Below are positions 1 through 11,618 of a DNA stretch of 37,201 nucleotides, in pieces (within the stretch, counting starts at the first letter, position 1; each line of letters opens with the position of its first letter). The stretch is from the NCBI GenBank assembly GCA_943704425.1, contig CALSCP010000465.1, positions 1 to 37,201 on the forward strand, given 5' to 3'. Under the pieces are notes generated by a model that was not told the DNA's origin, searched no databases, and saw nothing but the letters and a program-made list of their open reading frames with translations. Source of the stretch: Ministeria vibrans ATCC 50519. Lineage: Eukaryota > Protista > Filasterea. The position numbers were made by a program, and so were the translations under genes.

Positions 1-819
1 GTACACTCTCAGCCAGTCACAGCCACGAGTGAATACATCACTGTGCGATAGCAGCAGGTGGCGCTTAAACGCGTTTCTGTTTGATGCTACATCCTCCTTG
101 CACATCACACAGTTGACGCGGAACACACTCCGAGGATGGCACCCCGAGAAATGATGCCCCACCCACTCAGGCGCAAATCCCAGTCCAGCACACACTCGTC
201 CGTCCACAAGTCGACACCGACACCGCACCTTGCCATTCCCCAGCATCTCAAACACACTCGTGTCCTCCTCATCTTCCTTCTCGCCTCGTGCCATCGCCAA
301 CCAAGTCACAAATCCCATTGGGACTTGTTCCCACTCGCCACGACCAAACACCTTCGCCATTTCTCCCTCAACGTCCTCCTCTTCTCCGTTGCGCTCCAAT
401 GCCGCACGCACCTCTCTCAGGTAGACCGTCTTCCATCCTCCGTCCTCCAACGGACTGCGTTCCATGACGGTGGCTGTGAATGTGTTGCTGTGGTGTGAAG
501 CAACGTGACGTTTAAGGTGACTTGAACCAACAAACGAATTGCAGACGACACAGACAACGCGGTGCTTGCTCATGGGATGGTGCAAGGTAAAGTGTTTCCG
601 CACACCCTCGCCCACAAACCCCTGTGACCGACATGGCTCTCCATCGGCTGTAGGAAAGCGACACACAATCTTTCCGTTGGCGCCCAATGCAAAACAAGCG
701 CCAATCTCACTTGGCGGATCCGTCCGGCATCGTTCGCCCGTCTCCGACATCATCAGCTCCATGTTGGACGCGTACGCACGACCAGCGGCGACCGCGACGC
801 GATCCCACGGTTCGCTCAT
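1..819 (-). CDS. Zinc-finger repeat protein, paralogue of 11619..13001 (5' part only; runs off the window edge)
   Basis: ATG at 819 (minus) gives MSEPWDRVAV...; open frame to position 1; colinear with 11619..12437 with no indels; about 30 aa differences in 273 by manual alignment. Confidence 0.9.
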   Translation of the reverse strand, partial: MSEPWDRVAVAAGRAYASNMELMMSETGERCRTDPPSEIGACFALGANGKIVCRFPTADGEPCRSQGFVGEGVRKHFTLHHPMSKHRVVCVVCNSFVGSSHLKRHVASHHSNTFTATVMERSPLEDGGWKTVYLREVRAALERNGEEEDVEGEMAKVFGRGEWEQVPMGFVTWLAMARGEKEDEEDTSVFEMLGNGKVRCRCRLVDGRVCAGLGFAPEWVGHHFSGCHPRSVFRVNCVMCKEDVASNRNAFKRHLLLSHSDVFTRGCDWLRVY

Positions 820-1017
820 CAGTTGAAAAGAAGTGAGTGAGTGACAACTAGAAAAGTTCTCTAACTTCTGAGTTTAAGTGATAGCAATGATCGTGCAAAG
901 ATCTTCGTTGCACTGCGAGCCCGACATGCCGCACGCGGCGTTGCCGACCCATTTAGCCTTTGTCGGAGCTTGTTTTCCTCCCTGTAAGAATTACTTAGAG
1001 GTCATTAGACTTTCGTT

Positions 1018-2048
1018 TCATTGGTAGGCACTCCACATAGCAATCATGTCAGAATCACAATGGCCCTTCTTTCGCGCCTCAATAAACTTGGCATTGGCAG
1101 CCGATGCGCCCGGAAGTCCCAATTTCAACTACACACGCAATAATGATGATAAAGTTATCGGTCATTAAGTGTTTTTTTTTCCTCTTACGGAATCAGCCAG
1201 CGCAATGGCCAACCGCATATCCTTTTGCATATGTTTCAGAGGGAAATTCGCGTCAAATGTGCCCTTTGCAATCGCCTTTCCCTAAAAAGAGAGCAGTTCT
1301 AAACACACACTCACAATAACAACTACAACTACAACAAACTAGATTTACCTTTCCTGTGAAAAGAGGACTGTTCAACGCTCCTTGAGAAAACACCTACAAA
1401 ACGTCATAACAGAAAAAAAAAACATTAGAAAACAATAATAGTACTAATTCTTTTGATCTCACCTCATTTGTGAGTTCAGTGGAGAAGCCGGACGCATTGG
1501 CAAGTGAGAGACCTTCACAAAGTGCCTGGACACACGTGCCCATAGTCATGTTCACCACAAGCTATAGAGATACACAGTTAGTCAATCAAACCTCAAAACT
1601 GTTTCAAGTTCTAACCTTCATTTTCGCACCGGCTCCCACTGTCTCAGCCAGAGTGAACGTTTTCTTGCCCATCGCATCAAATGCGGGTTGGGCTTCCACA
1701 AGAAGAGCAGAATCGCCTGCGGCCAGAATGACCAGGGTGCCTTGCTCGGCGGGTCCCTTGCTGCCTGAGACGGGTGCTTCCGCTGCACGGCCGCCTTTGG
1801 CAATGATCGCTTCTGAGATCTTCTGGGCCGTCTCTGGATCGACAGTGGACTAGACATGGGTGTAAAAGTGAAGCAAAAAGTGAGAGAGAGAGAGGAGGGG
1901 GAGAAAGAGAGAGAGAGAGGAAGGGGAGAAAGAGAGAGAGAGGAGGGGGAGAAAGAGAGAGAGAGAGGAAGGGGAGAAAGAGAGAGAGAGAGGAGGGGGA
2001 GAAAGAGAGAGAGAGAGGAGGGGGAGAAAGAGAGAGAGAGAGGAGGGG

Positions 2049-2142
<94 letters not shown>

Positions 2143-2966
2143 NNNNNNNNNNNNNNNNNNNNNNNNNNNNNNNNNNNNNNNNNNNNNNNNNNNNNNNNNN
2201 NNNNNNNNNNNNNNNNNNNNNNNNNNNNNNNNNNNNNNNNNNNNNNNNNNNNNNNNNNNNNNGAGAGAAACAAACAAAGTGATAGAGAGAGAAACAAACA
2301 AAGTGATAGAGAGAGAAACAAACAAAGTGATAGAGAGAGAAACAAACAAAGTGATAGAGAGAGAAACAAACAAAGTGATAGAGAGAGAAACAAACAAAGT
2401 GATAGAGAGAGAAACAAACAAAGTGATAGAGAGAGAAACAAACAAAGTGATAGAGAGAGAAACAAACAAAGTGATAGAGAGAGAAACAAACAATGAGTGA
2501 TCAGTCTGGTCAGAAGAGAAGTCTCTTCTCGTACCATATCAACAAAGCCGCGCTTCTCGCCGATGCCGCTCAGCACCCCGTTAGGTTCGCTGAAGACAAG
2601 ATCAAGGGCGGCGGCAGGGTCGCTCACACATGCAAACTGAGGAATGTGAGAAACGAACGCACAAACGCACAAAAAAGCACTGACAGTCCATTTCATACCG
2701 TAATGGCACACGAACGGGCCACGTCGGCGGGCGTAGCGGCCACCTTGGCCCCCAACGCTGCCAGGGGAGCACACTTGTCGGCCGATCGGTTCCAGACGGT
2801 GACCTTAAAGTCACAAGAGCGAAAACATTATTATTAATTATTCATATTATTATCATTATTATATGTAATAGCGATAAGTTTTCAGTACCTGAAGTCCCGC
2901 CTTGATCATGTTGGTGGCCATGGCCTTACCCATGATGCCAAGGCCAAGGAATCCGTAGGTCGTCAT
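1018..2966 (-). CDS. NAD(P)-dependent beta-hydroxyacid dehydrogenase (glyoxylate/succinic semialdehyde reductase GLYR-like; 3-hydroxyisobutyrate dehydrogenase family), 8 exons
   Basis: Spliced exons 2966-2889, 2803-2699, 2636-2535, 1849-1616, 1561-1463, 1393-1349, 1281-1189, 1128-1018. Motifs YGFLGLGIMG (Rossmann), VWNRS, FVDMSTVD, EAPVSGSKGPAEQG, GAKMKLVVN (catalytic Lys), FPLKHMQKDMRLA. Confidence 0.92.
1880..2142. repeat. Purine-rich minisatellite grading into a (GA)n microsatellite, intronic, ending at an assembly gap
   Basis: Repeated gagagagaggagggggagaaa units followed by a pure (GA)n run. Confidence 0.95.
2143..2262. other. Assembly gap (N run)
   Basis: Run of n characters. Confidence 1.
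2263..2492. repeat. 24-bp tandem minisatellite (GAGAGAGAAACAAACAAAGTGATA, about 9.5 copies), intronic
   Basis: Perfect tandem units; produces spurious (RETNKVIE)n and (LFVSLSIT)n ORFs. Confidence 0.95.
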
Positions 2967-3232
2967 TAGGAAGAAGAAGAGCGAAAAAAGTGATAGTGAA
3001 AGTTAGTGAATAAGTGATTAGTTAGGTGATTTATTTCCCAATTTATTATCAATCACAAAATAATACAATGAGTCAGAAACAATCATCATAATAAATATAT
3101 CTTGTCAATTGCATGGCGCTCAAACTTCTCATAAAAATTAAGGCTTGAAAAGAGAACTGAGATGAAACCAGTAACCAGAGACGTAATCACAAATTCACAA
3201 TGTAGATAGAGTCACTTGATTACACATTCTTT

Positions 3233-4599
3233 TCAATCATTGCAGCGCGTACACAGTTTGCCTCCAACACGACACTCGGCGGCCTGTTGCGCCACCAAGA
3301 GGGAACGCAAGGGCGCAGCAGACACATATCCTTCGAGCACATGCACAAACTGAGTGCGGAGATGACTGACATCCGCTAGGACCGACACGGGACAGAGGTC
3401 CGCTGAGGTGCGTGCAGACGACGCGGCCAAGGCCAGAAGAAGCTGGTGGACAGTCGCAGTAGAGATTGGTAGTGCCTCTGCCTCTGTTGTGGAAATGGTG
3501 GTCTCGAGGCCCAGAGAGTGTGCGAGTGGTGCCAACGCCTGGGGGATAGGATTGCTGTCACCACTTGTGTAAGCGCTGATGAGTCGATGGGCGTTTGAAG
3601 GGAACAGCGCAAGTATAGAGCGCAGTTGCTCAAGTGCACTGGGGTTCTCTTCTTCATTGTCGTCCCTAGTATGTGTCTTGCGTATCGACTCAATGATCTC
3701 GGGCGCAGTAAGCTTCTCAAGCACCCCAAGTGCCTCGTCATGGAGAAACGACGCTGTGTAGTGCACTGGTGCGTGTTGGTGGAGTGGCGACGAAACGGTC
3801 GGGCGCGACAGTAGCAAGTAGCCGCGCGGCTGCGCTGTCTCAGTGTCGTTGTAGTCGCGCATCGCCTTCCAGACTGTCTCCAGTGGCGCCCAGTGAGGCG
3901 GTAACTTGAATCTATAACATGGGTGAGAGTGAGCTCTTTCAAACTTTGCTCTCTGTTGACCTTGCGACGTCGAGGATGAGAACCATGTCGCGTCCGGCGT
4001 GATACCCGCCAATAGGAGAGAAATGCCCGTCGCCTGTTTGCCCGAGTGCCTTTCGTGAGTAGGAAACAATCATTTTGGTCTCGTCATTGCGACTGCACTC
4101 CACGACGTCTCGTCTGAACTGCGCACACGAACTGGACAACACACATTCCCGTCAAACGCACGTTTCATCCGCCCCACGCCACAGTACCTATTCACTGCAT
4201 CATGCTGCACGGCTTGGGCGCCGTTGCAGCGTGCCAGACAGGCGACTTTGGAGAGAATAATTCCTTTGGAGCGGATTGTGTCGACGCGCTCACAACAGTC
4301 CAATAAGTACTCGTCAAACCAGCGCCACACCTACGCTGTAATAAGCCCCTGCGGCGTCCGCATGCGCAACGTACCCCTTTCCACTGCCGCCCCGGGTCGA
4401 TGTGCAGCGCGTTGAGGACCATGGAGAGCGATGCGAGCCCACAGAAGGACGGCTCGACCTGCGTTGTAAAGTGCGCCGACAGTTCAAAGAAACCCTCAGC
4501 CGTGCCGTCCGCAAGAGCCTCCCGGAAGATCGTGCGCCCTTCCTGCGATGAAAATTCAATCGATGGAAGCGGCAGGGGCCGTCGATAGAACGTCTTCAT
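3233..4599 (-). CDS. PCS: Phytochelatin synthase (glutathione gamma-glutamylcysteinyltransferase)
   Basis: [32 protein letters not shown] (catalytic Cys), [33 protein letters not shown] (His), LILDVAR (Asp), PPHW. Several short introns. An extra 5' exon near 4680-4800 is possible. Confidence 0.95.
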
Positions 4600-4840
4600 C
4601 GCCAGCACTGCAACAGAATGAGACAAAAAAGAATTAGATCAGTCTATTCAACTTTCACCACTTTTGTAATTTGTTACTGGTTCACAGTTTTTCTGCTGTT
4701 TTTCTTTGCGACGTCTTTCGTAGTCTGTGTCTCTGACTTGCTGCTTCTTGTGTCTCCTTTGTCCATTTAGTCGCCTTCTTTTCATTCGTCTCTTCATCAA
4801 TCATAATTATTATTGTTTATTCATTTGATACGTTTGTGTT

Positions 4841-5301
4841 ATGTCTTCTCTCATCGCTTCGAGAGTCGCCAATTTTCGACCGTCTGTCTTTGCACTGTAC
4901 ACGGGTCTTGCAGCCAAGGCAAATGCTGTTAATTTGGGACAGGGATTTCCCGATTTTAACGTAACTCCGTTTCCATATGAGACAAAATCCTTTTCTCCGT
5001 TGTGCCCTTCTCACTTGCGCTCCTGTAGCCGCCCGCCTTTGCCAGGCAGGCAGCGATCGATGCGTTCAGCGGATCGTACGGAAACCATCAGTACGCACGT
5101 ATGATGGGCCTGCCCTACCTGGTGGAGACGCTGGCACAGCACTACACACATCGCAACCAATTCCAGCAGACCCTCAGCGCCATGGAGAACATCTGCGTCA
5201 CGACTGGCGCCACCGAGGCTGGGTTTGCGTCGGTACAGGTACGGGCTGCCCGTCGGCCTTCCGCCGTGTGTGCTTTATGTGCTCTTGTGAACCTCAGTCA
5301 C

Positions 5302-5334
<33 letters not shown>

Positions 5335-6815
5335 CCATAGGCGATTGTCAATCCCGGCGACAAGGTGGTCCTTTTTGAGCCCTTCTACGACGCCTACCCC
5401 GCCTGGACACACATGGCAGGTGCGACGCCCTTGTACGTGCCTCTAGAGCCGCACACAATCAACGGCAACAATAGCGATAACAACGCACAAAGCGACGACG
5501 ACAACCACGAACGGTCGTCGGACGACTTTACATACGACCGTACGGCCTTTGAAGCGGCCATGAGCGACCCAGCCACGCGCCTGGTCATTCTCAACAACCC
5601 CCACAACCCCCTGGGCAAAGTATGGCGCCGCAGCGAACTCGCTCACATCGCAGAGACCGCTCAGCGTCACAATGTGGCCATTCTGAGCGACGAAGTCTAC
5701 GAAAAACTCATTTTTGAAGAGGAAGCACCAAACAGTCATATTAGCATCGCATCGCTCTCACAAGACGCATTTGATCGCACTCTGACCATTGGGTATCGAT
5801 TCTCACACAAGCAGCGTCAAGAGATTCAACTTCTTTGTATTACATTGCATTAGGAGTGCGGGTAAAACGTTCAGCGCGACGGGTTGGAAGGTCGGTTGGG
5901 CCATCGGTTCGGCTCAAATGATCAGTGCACTTTCAAGTACCCTAAAAAAACAGAAGAAATCAATTTTTGTCTTCATCCTAATCATTTTGTTTGCTCACTT
6001 TTACAGTGATTCATCAATGGATTCCGTTTTGTGTTTCTTCCGGACTTCAACGAGTAATTGATCATCGAGTTTTTCTTAATAATAATTATTATTATTACTA
6101 TACTATTTCTTTTTATTTCTGTGTTGTAGGCAACTGCAAAATCAATTGAACTGTCGGAAACAAATGGGTATTTTGATGAACTGCGCGCGACGATGCGAAC
6201 CCGGCGCGACCTGCTGATGGGAGGACTCACTGCAGCTCATCTGACTCCCTTTAAACCTCACGCTGGGTATTTTGTAATGGCTCAAACCCATTCGCTCGAT
6301 TCCCAAATCGACTCGTTTCAATCAGGTGTCCATTGGTTGTCTTAATTGTTGCATTTCATGAATAGCTTCACTTTTTCATTGCTTCTATTTTAATTGTTGA
6401 ATAGCATCACTGTTTTGTCTTTTATTTCCTTTTTTTTCTTTTCATTGGCTCTGTATTCTCGTCTCTTCTTCTTATATATATTATATCAACACAAATATAT
6501 TTTAATAATAAAATAAATATCATCTTGTTTTTCTTAGACGATAATCTGCTACGCGACGAAAAGGTGTGTCGCTATCTGACCGAAACAGTGCGAGTGGGGC
6601 CCATTCCTCCTTCTCCCTTTTATAGGTACGTTGCATGTGGTGTGTGTGTGTGTGTTGCGATCAGTTTAATTTTATTTATACTTTTTTGTCTTGTTTATTA
6701 TAGTGACCCGCATAAGCATTTAGCGTCGCATTTTGCTCGATTTGCATTTTGCAAGTCGGAGGAATCGATTGTTGAAGCTTCAAAACGACTCTCAGAGTCC
6801 CTCTCACACAAATAA
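4841..6815 (+). CDS. Kynurenine/glutamine aminotransferase (class I/II PLP-dependent, KYAT/CCBL-like), multi-exon
   Basis: AVNLGQGFPDF, VTTGATE, FEPFYDAY, ILNNPHNPLGKV, LSDEVYE, SAGKTFSATGWKVGW (PLP-Lys), RFAFCK. Confidence 0.93.
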
Positions 6816-6852
6816 AAACAAAACGAAAAAAAATGTAATTCTTTCGTCTCAT

Positions 6853-7317
6853 TCAAATAGCAATGGGAAAACGATTTGTTTTGACGCGTAAGATTCGAGT
6901 GTGAGCGGCAATGTAAAGAAATCCATCGCCACCCAACACCACGTTGCCCACTCGCCCACCTGTCACTATGCCCAACACTTGACGGGCACAGCCGGGAGAA
7001 GAAGGATCCGTATGACAGTCCGTGTGCTCTGCTTCAGATCGACGTTGAGTCGTTTGGTTTTTGTTGGTCATTGTGATGAGGTAGACTCCAGAGGGTCCTG
7101 TGGTCCAAATATCCCCTGTTTCATCCACAGTTAGCCCATCACACGCACCAGGTCCAGTCCATCCCACTATAATGGCAATAAAAATTGAATAATATTAAAA
7201 ACAATTAATAATAATTATTATTATTATTATTGTTATAATTAATACCAATCTCGATTAATCTCATTTTCACACACAATGACTCACTCCATCTCACTCATTT
7301 ATCCCTCAGCCACACAC

Positions 7318-7348
<31 letters not shown>

Positions 7349-8388
7349 CACACACACACTCAAATGTATTGTAAATTTCTTCTTCCTACGTGTTTGGGCG
7401 CTGGCAATGAGTCTCCCTTCCGACTCGATAGGTCGCTTAGCACTGTCCAAAGGAAACTCCCACACCCCATGTCGAGTCGTGTCCCGCGTGTCGCTGTTGC
7501 TCACGTACATTCGTGTCCCGTCTGGTGAAAATCCAATTCCGTTTGGCCGTGATATATTCCGCAATAAAAGCTCCTAACATCGTAACATTAATATTTTTTT
7601 TCTTCTCTCTTATTAATATTAATTTCTGTTACTGGTTCTCCACAGGGAACACCAAAGACGTGATTGAGCGGCAGACGGTAGACACCGTTGTAAGGGACCT
7701 GGCGAGAAGGATGTGTGTCGAGTGCCTCGGGTGAGTCGTGTGCGGTCTGACGCAGACCGTACGGAGGGTCCGTGAAGTACAGGTGGTTGTGAGCCAGGGC
7801 GAGGTCGTTGGGCGAGTTGTAACGATGTGAGAGGCTGGGGCCATAAGAAGTGCACGAGAGCCAGTTGGGCCAGGAGGAGTGAATGCGCACCGTCACCGAC
7901 ACGCGACGCCGTCCATGCTCACACGAGAAGAGTGTGTCCAGCAAGGGCGAGTACAGCAGCCCGTTGCTCCCAGGCTCGCGCGGCGACACGCCGTTGTCGA
8001 ATGTTTGGCCACTGCGACCACGCACAAGCTCCAGCCGACCCGCTGCAGTCCAGCGCCACAGCTTGTTGTCCACCACATCCGAAAAAAACAAGTCTCCCCC
8101 GTCGTGCGCGGTCCACGTGACGCCCTCGGCCCATTCAAGCCCCTCAGCAAGCACTTCCACGCGTCCTCCGTCAACCAACACCGCTTGCCAGTCGCCACGC
8201 AGCTCCACTTGGGCCGTGGGTGCCGTCGAAGGAGCGTAGCTAAACACCCTGCTTCCCGGGCCCTCCAACCCCGCCACGCCCAGCCACGCCGGCGGCGGAA
8301 GGCCAACCAGTGCGCCAATTAGGTCAAAGTAATACCACACAAGGACGCCCAGCACAGCCACAGAGACGCATGTGACGAGTTTGTTCAT
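6853..8388 (-). CDS. SMP-30/gluconolactonase/LRE-family beta-propeller protein with an N-terminal signal anchor
   Basis: WAEGVTW, LFFSDV, GSNGL, CEHGRRRVS, YNSPNDL, LYFTDPPYG, RPNGIGFSPDG..MYVSNSD, DGLTVDETGDIW; hydrophobic N-terminus MNKLVTCVSVAVLGVLVWYYF. Confidence 0.9.
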
Positions 8389-8510
8389 TGAAAAGTGAAA
8401 GAGAAAACAGTGATTGAACTTCAAAAGTTCACTCTTGGGGATTGGGGAATGTGATCTCTCTGACTCAAATTTATATTCATTTTTAAATCAGGTGATACGC
8501 GGTCGGCATC

Positions 8511-10251
8511 ATGATCCAGATTCAGCTCGTTGGAATCCTCGTCATCATCGGCATCTTCAAGCTGGTTGAGAAGAAGGCAGCCATGCGCGGGTGCAACCGC
8601 GCTCCCCTTCCCCGTACGCCGACGCCCCTGGCACACACTTGCGTCCCAATATGCAAACGTGTTGGTGTTGGTGGAATGTGAATGTGACGTGATTCTCTGC
8701 TGTTTTTGCAGCGTATCTCGACAAAGCACTTCGACTTGTCTTTCTGGGGTTTCTCGTGGGCCCTTCGTCGCTTTGGATCGACCTCAACCTGCTTCCCTTT
8801 CCTGTCTTGACTCCCTTACTGATGGTACGAGCAAACGCCGCGCTGATCGGAGCTCTTTCTGACGAGTGTGACTCTCTCATTGTGAATTCACACGTGAAAT
8901 TCGGAAATGCGACATCTCATCCGCTCTCACACTTCTGCGCAGTTGTACGCCATTCCTTACAGTGATCTGACGGAGCAACGTGGCGGTCGAAAGAACCTTG
9001 TGGTCCGCAAGTACGGCAAAAGTGTGTGTGTGTGTATGTATGGATGTGTGCACGTATGGATGTGTGTGTGTGTGTGACTGTGTGTGTGTGTGTGTGCGTG
9101 TGTGTGTGCGTGTGTGTGTGCTCAGTGTCATGTGCATATATAGACTGTCACTGTGGCGCTGGTTCTACCGCTACTTCGATTTGAAGCTGGAGCGCACTGT
9201 TCCCTTGCCTGCCGATCGTTCATACATTTTCGGCGCCCACCCACACTCTATTCTCCCCTTTGGCTCTCAAATCGCGTTGGGCGCTGATCTTGAAGGTACA
9301 ACACACACGTCTCTGTTTTTGTTGTTTGTGTATGGGTGTGTAATGTGCAAGAGTCGTTTGTATACAGGTGGATTCAGCGAGCTCTTTCCCGGCATCCAAT
9401 TTCGCGTTCTGGCCGCCACCTTTTGCTTCTACGTGCCCTTTTACCGCGACCTCCTCATGTTCGGCGGTGTCGTCGATGCGGCCCGCTACAGCGCCAACTA
9501 CATCCTCTCGAACGGCTACTCGCTCGCACTGGTCCCCGGGGGCGCCACTGAGGCTCTCCACTGTCATCCCGATTACGATGTCGTGTACATCCGTAAGCGC
9601 AGGGGCTTTGTCCGTCTTGCTCTTGTACGTAGCTGTCATTCCCATTCCATTTTTCTATCGTGTTGTTTATATCCATGCAATCCGCTCCACAACACATCAC
9701 ATCATCACTTACTCTTATCCATGGTCAAGCTCTACCTCTATCCCTAACCCTAACCCGAATGTAAACCTAATCTTAATGCCTTGCTACTTCACTAGGAACA
9801 CGGTGCGTCTCTAGTCCCCGTCTTCTCCTTCAATGAGAACAACACCTACTCTCAATTGGCCGTCGACTCCTCTTTTGTCAAATCCCTCAAGAAAAAATTC
9901 CAATCGCTGTTCGGTAAACACGAAAAGAAAAAAAATCACACACACTTGTCACACTAAAACACCCCTTTTTATATAATTATAGGAATTTCTCTACCGCTCA
10001 TTACCAATATCTTCCCCAAACGCACTGCAATTACAGTTCTTGTCGGTGCTCCCGTCCATTGCCCAAAAATCGAAAATCCCTCAAACGAACAGGTAGCAAA
10101 AATCCATAATTATAATTTGCTTAAACTGATTCATTTCTTTTAGATTGATTCGTATCTTGAACAGTATATTGACTCTCTTGAGACTCTCTATAACGAAAAT
10201 CGCGAAAAATATAATAACCCAAAAACCAAACCAAAACTTCAGATTCTTTGA
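8511..10251 (+). CDS. Diacylglycerol/monoacylglycerol acyltransferase (DGAT2/MOGAT family), multi-exon
   Basis: YIFGAHPHSILPFG, FYVPFYRDLL, LVPGGATEAL, RKRRGFVRLAL, HGASLVPVFSFNEN, VGAPV, YIDSLETLYNEN. The start and the first intron are less certain. Confidence 0.9.
9742..9776 (+). repeat. Short interstitial telomere-like (CCCTAA)n, intronic
   Basis: ccctaaccctaacccgaatgtaaacctaatc inside a DGAT2 intron. Confidence 0.6.
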
Positions 10252-10334
10252 AAGAAAAATACACTATCATCTCTTTTTTGTACACACTCGAATACGTTAC
10301 GACGCAATAAAAAAAGTTACAGTCCGATGAATAA

Positions 10335-11181
10335 TCACTTTTGGAAACTAGAAAAGAACAAAGCGAGAATAAGTAGCAATATATAAAGGACTTATAATAA
10401 CTATCATTGTGCCTGAGTACTTATTGGGATAGATTAAAGCGCCGTTTTGGTCACAATTCAGGCGAAAATGACGTAAGACGCTGCGACATCGATCGAGCTC
10501 ACTTCAAAAAAAAAAAGGAGTCAGTAAATCATTAAGACAAAAAGATGATCGTTTTGAAAAACTTGTTCATCAGTAAAAATACATAATTATAATGTATAGT
10601 TATTACTCGTCGGGTGCGCAAACTTTATCGCGATAGTAGCCAGCAGTGAAGAAAAAGGAGAGTGCTATTGCGCCACTTAAGAGCACATAATTGTCCATAA
10701 TCCCAACCTGAAAGACACGAAACAAGCGTTGGTTGAGACGGCTAAAGCGCAATTTGTCCTGTTACGCACCTGACGAACCATTGAATTCCAGAAGCCAATA
10801 ATGTTCCATATGATTAATACAATGAGAACCGCTACAAAAAGCCAAAAAAAAAAGCACAATGTGCAAAATAGGGTTAGGGTTAGGGTTAGGATTAGGGTTG
10901 CGCTGTACTCAGATATTTTCGCCGGAGCATCTTCAAGAAGGCAATGTCGCGTTGAAAGTGGTGTTGAAAGGTGGCGAGATCTAAAGAAAAGGAGAAGGGA
11001 GAAAGAAAAAAAAAAGAAGAAGAAAAAAAAATGAGGTGTGAAGCAGAGCCATAGGCAAAAGGAGCGGACCGTGTCGTTGCGTCTCAAGGAAAAGATTCGA
11101 CTGACGGTCTGTGTCCTCGTCTGGCGTTGTAAAGGGCGACGGCGTCCGTCTCCGTGTGACTGGGCCGTCATGGTGCGTCAT
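10335..11181 (-). CDS. CNEP1R1: Nuclear envelope phosphatase regulatory subunit (CNEP1R1/TMEM188/Spo7-like), about 6 small exons; not represented as a spliced gene in the ORF track
   Basis: The spliced product ...HDLATFQHHFQRDIAFLKMLRRKYL-TM1-...-TM2-FFTAGYYRDKVCAPDDELDRCRSVLRHFRLNCDQNGALIYP matches the CNEP1R1 pattern DL.AF....FF.G...V.AP.....RCR.VL..+...CD..G.LI..P. The last exon boundary is uncertain. Confidence 0.8.
10868..10899. repeat. Interstitial telomere-like (TTAGGG) x5, intronic
   Basis: tagggttagggttagggttaggattagggt inside a CNEP1R1 intron. Confidence 0.85.
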
Positions 11182-11618
11182 TCGTGCGGTGCTGGCAAAG
11201 CGACAGCGGAATGAGCGACACAGAAAAAAGACAGAGAAAACACAAAAGAGAGAGAGAGAGAGAGAGTGTGTGTGTGTGTGTGTGTGTGCTCAACGGGTCA
11301 GCTGGCCCCTGACGCGTCAGGATCCTTCGTCGACAGACTGGATCGGCTGAGTCGACGACACAGCAGTGCTGCTGTGCGTGACTGCAGCGTCCAGACGTCT
11401 TGGGAAAAGGAACAGTGCGAGAGTGTCACAAAGATGTGTTACGACTCGCCAAAGTCCCTTTCGAGCGTCGCTATCATCATCCCCAAAGCACCGTACAGCA
11501 ATACATCGCCTCTCCCAACATTGAAAAATACGTACAGGGACCCAAGAAGCGCAGCGCGTTGAGTGAGTGGAAAGAAAAGTAATAAAAATATTAAATTATA
11601 TTCAACTTTATTGAACTC

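Noticed and set aside
2263-2492. CRISPR-like array, or tet-operator-like GTGATAGAGA repeats
   Set aside because: Perfect head-to-tail units with no spacers, inside a eukaryotic intron. Only half of the tetO palindrome is present, so the match is coincidental.
1618-2774. Long ORFs with (LFVSLSIT)n, (ER)n and (RETNKVIE)n
   Set aside because: Translations of intronic repeats and an N gap, not real proteins.
8511-11181. Lipid-pathway mini-cluster (DGAT2 next to the lipin activator CNEP1R1)
   Set aside because: Functionally suggestive, but a single convergent adjacency is expected by chance without conserved synteny.
11266-11582. Short GC-balanced ORFs upstream of the zinc-finger gene
   Set aside because: No recognisable motif, no clear start or splice link to 11619, and not shared with the paralogue's upstream region.
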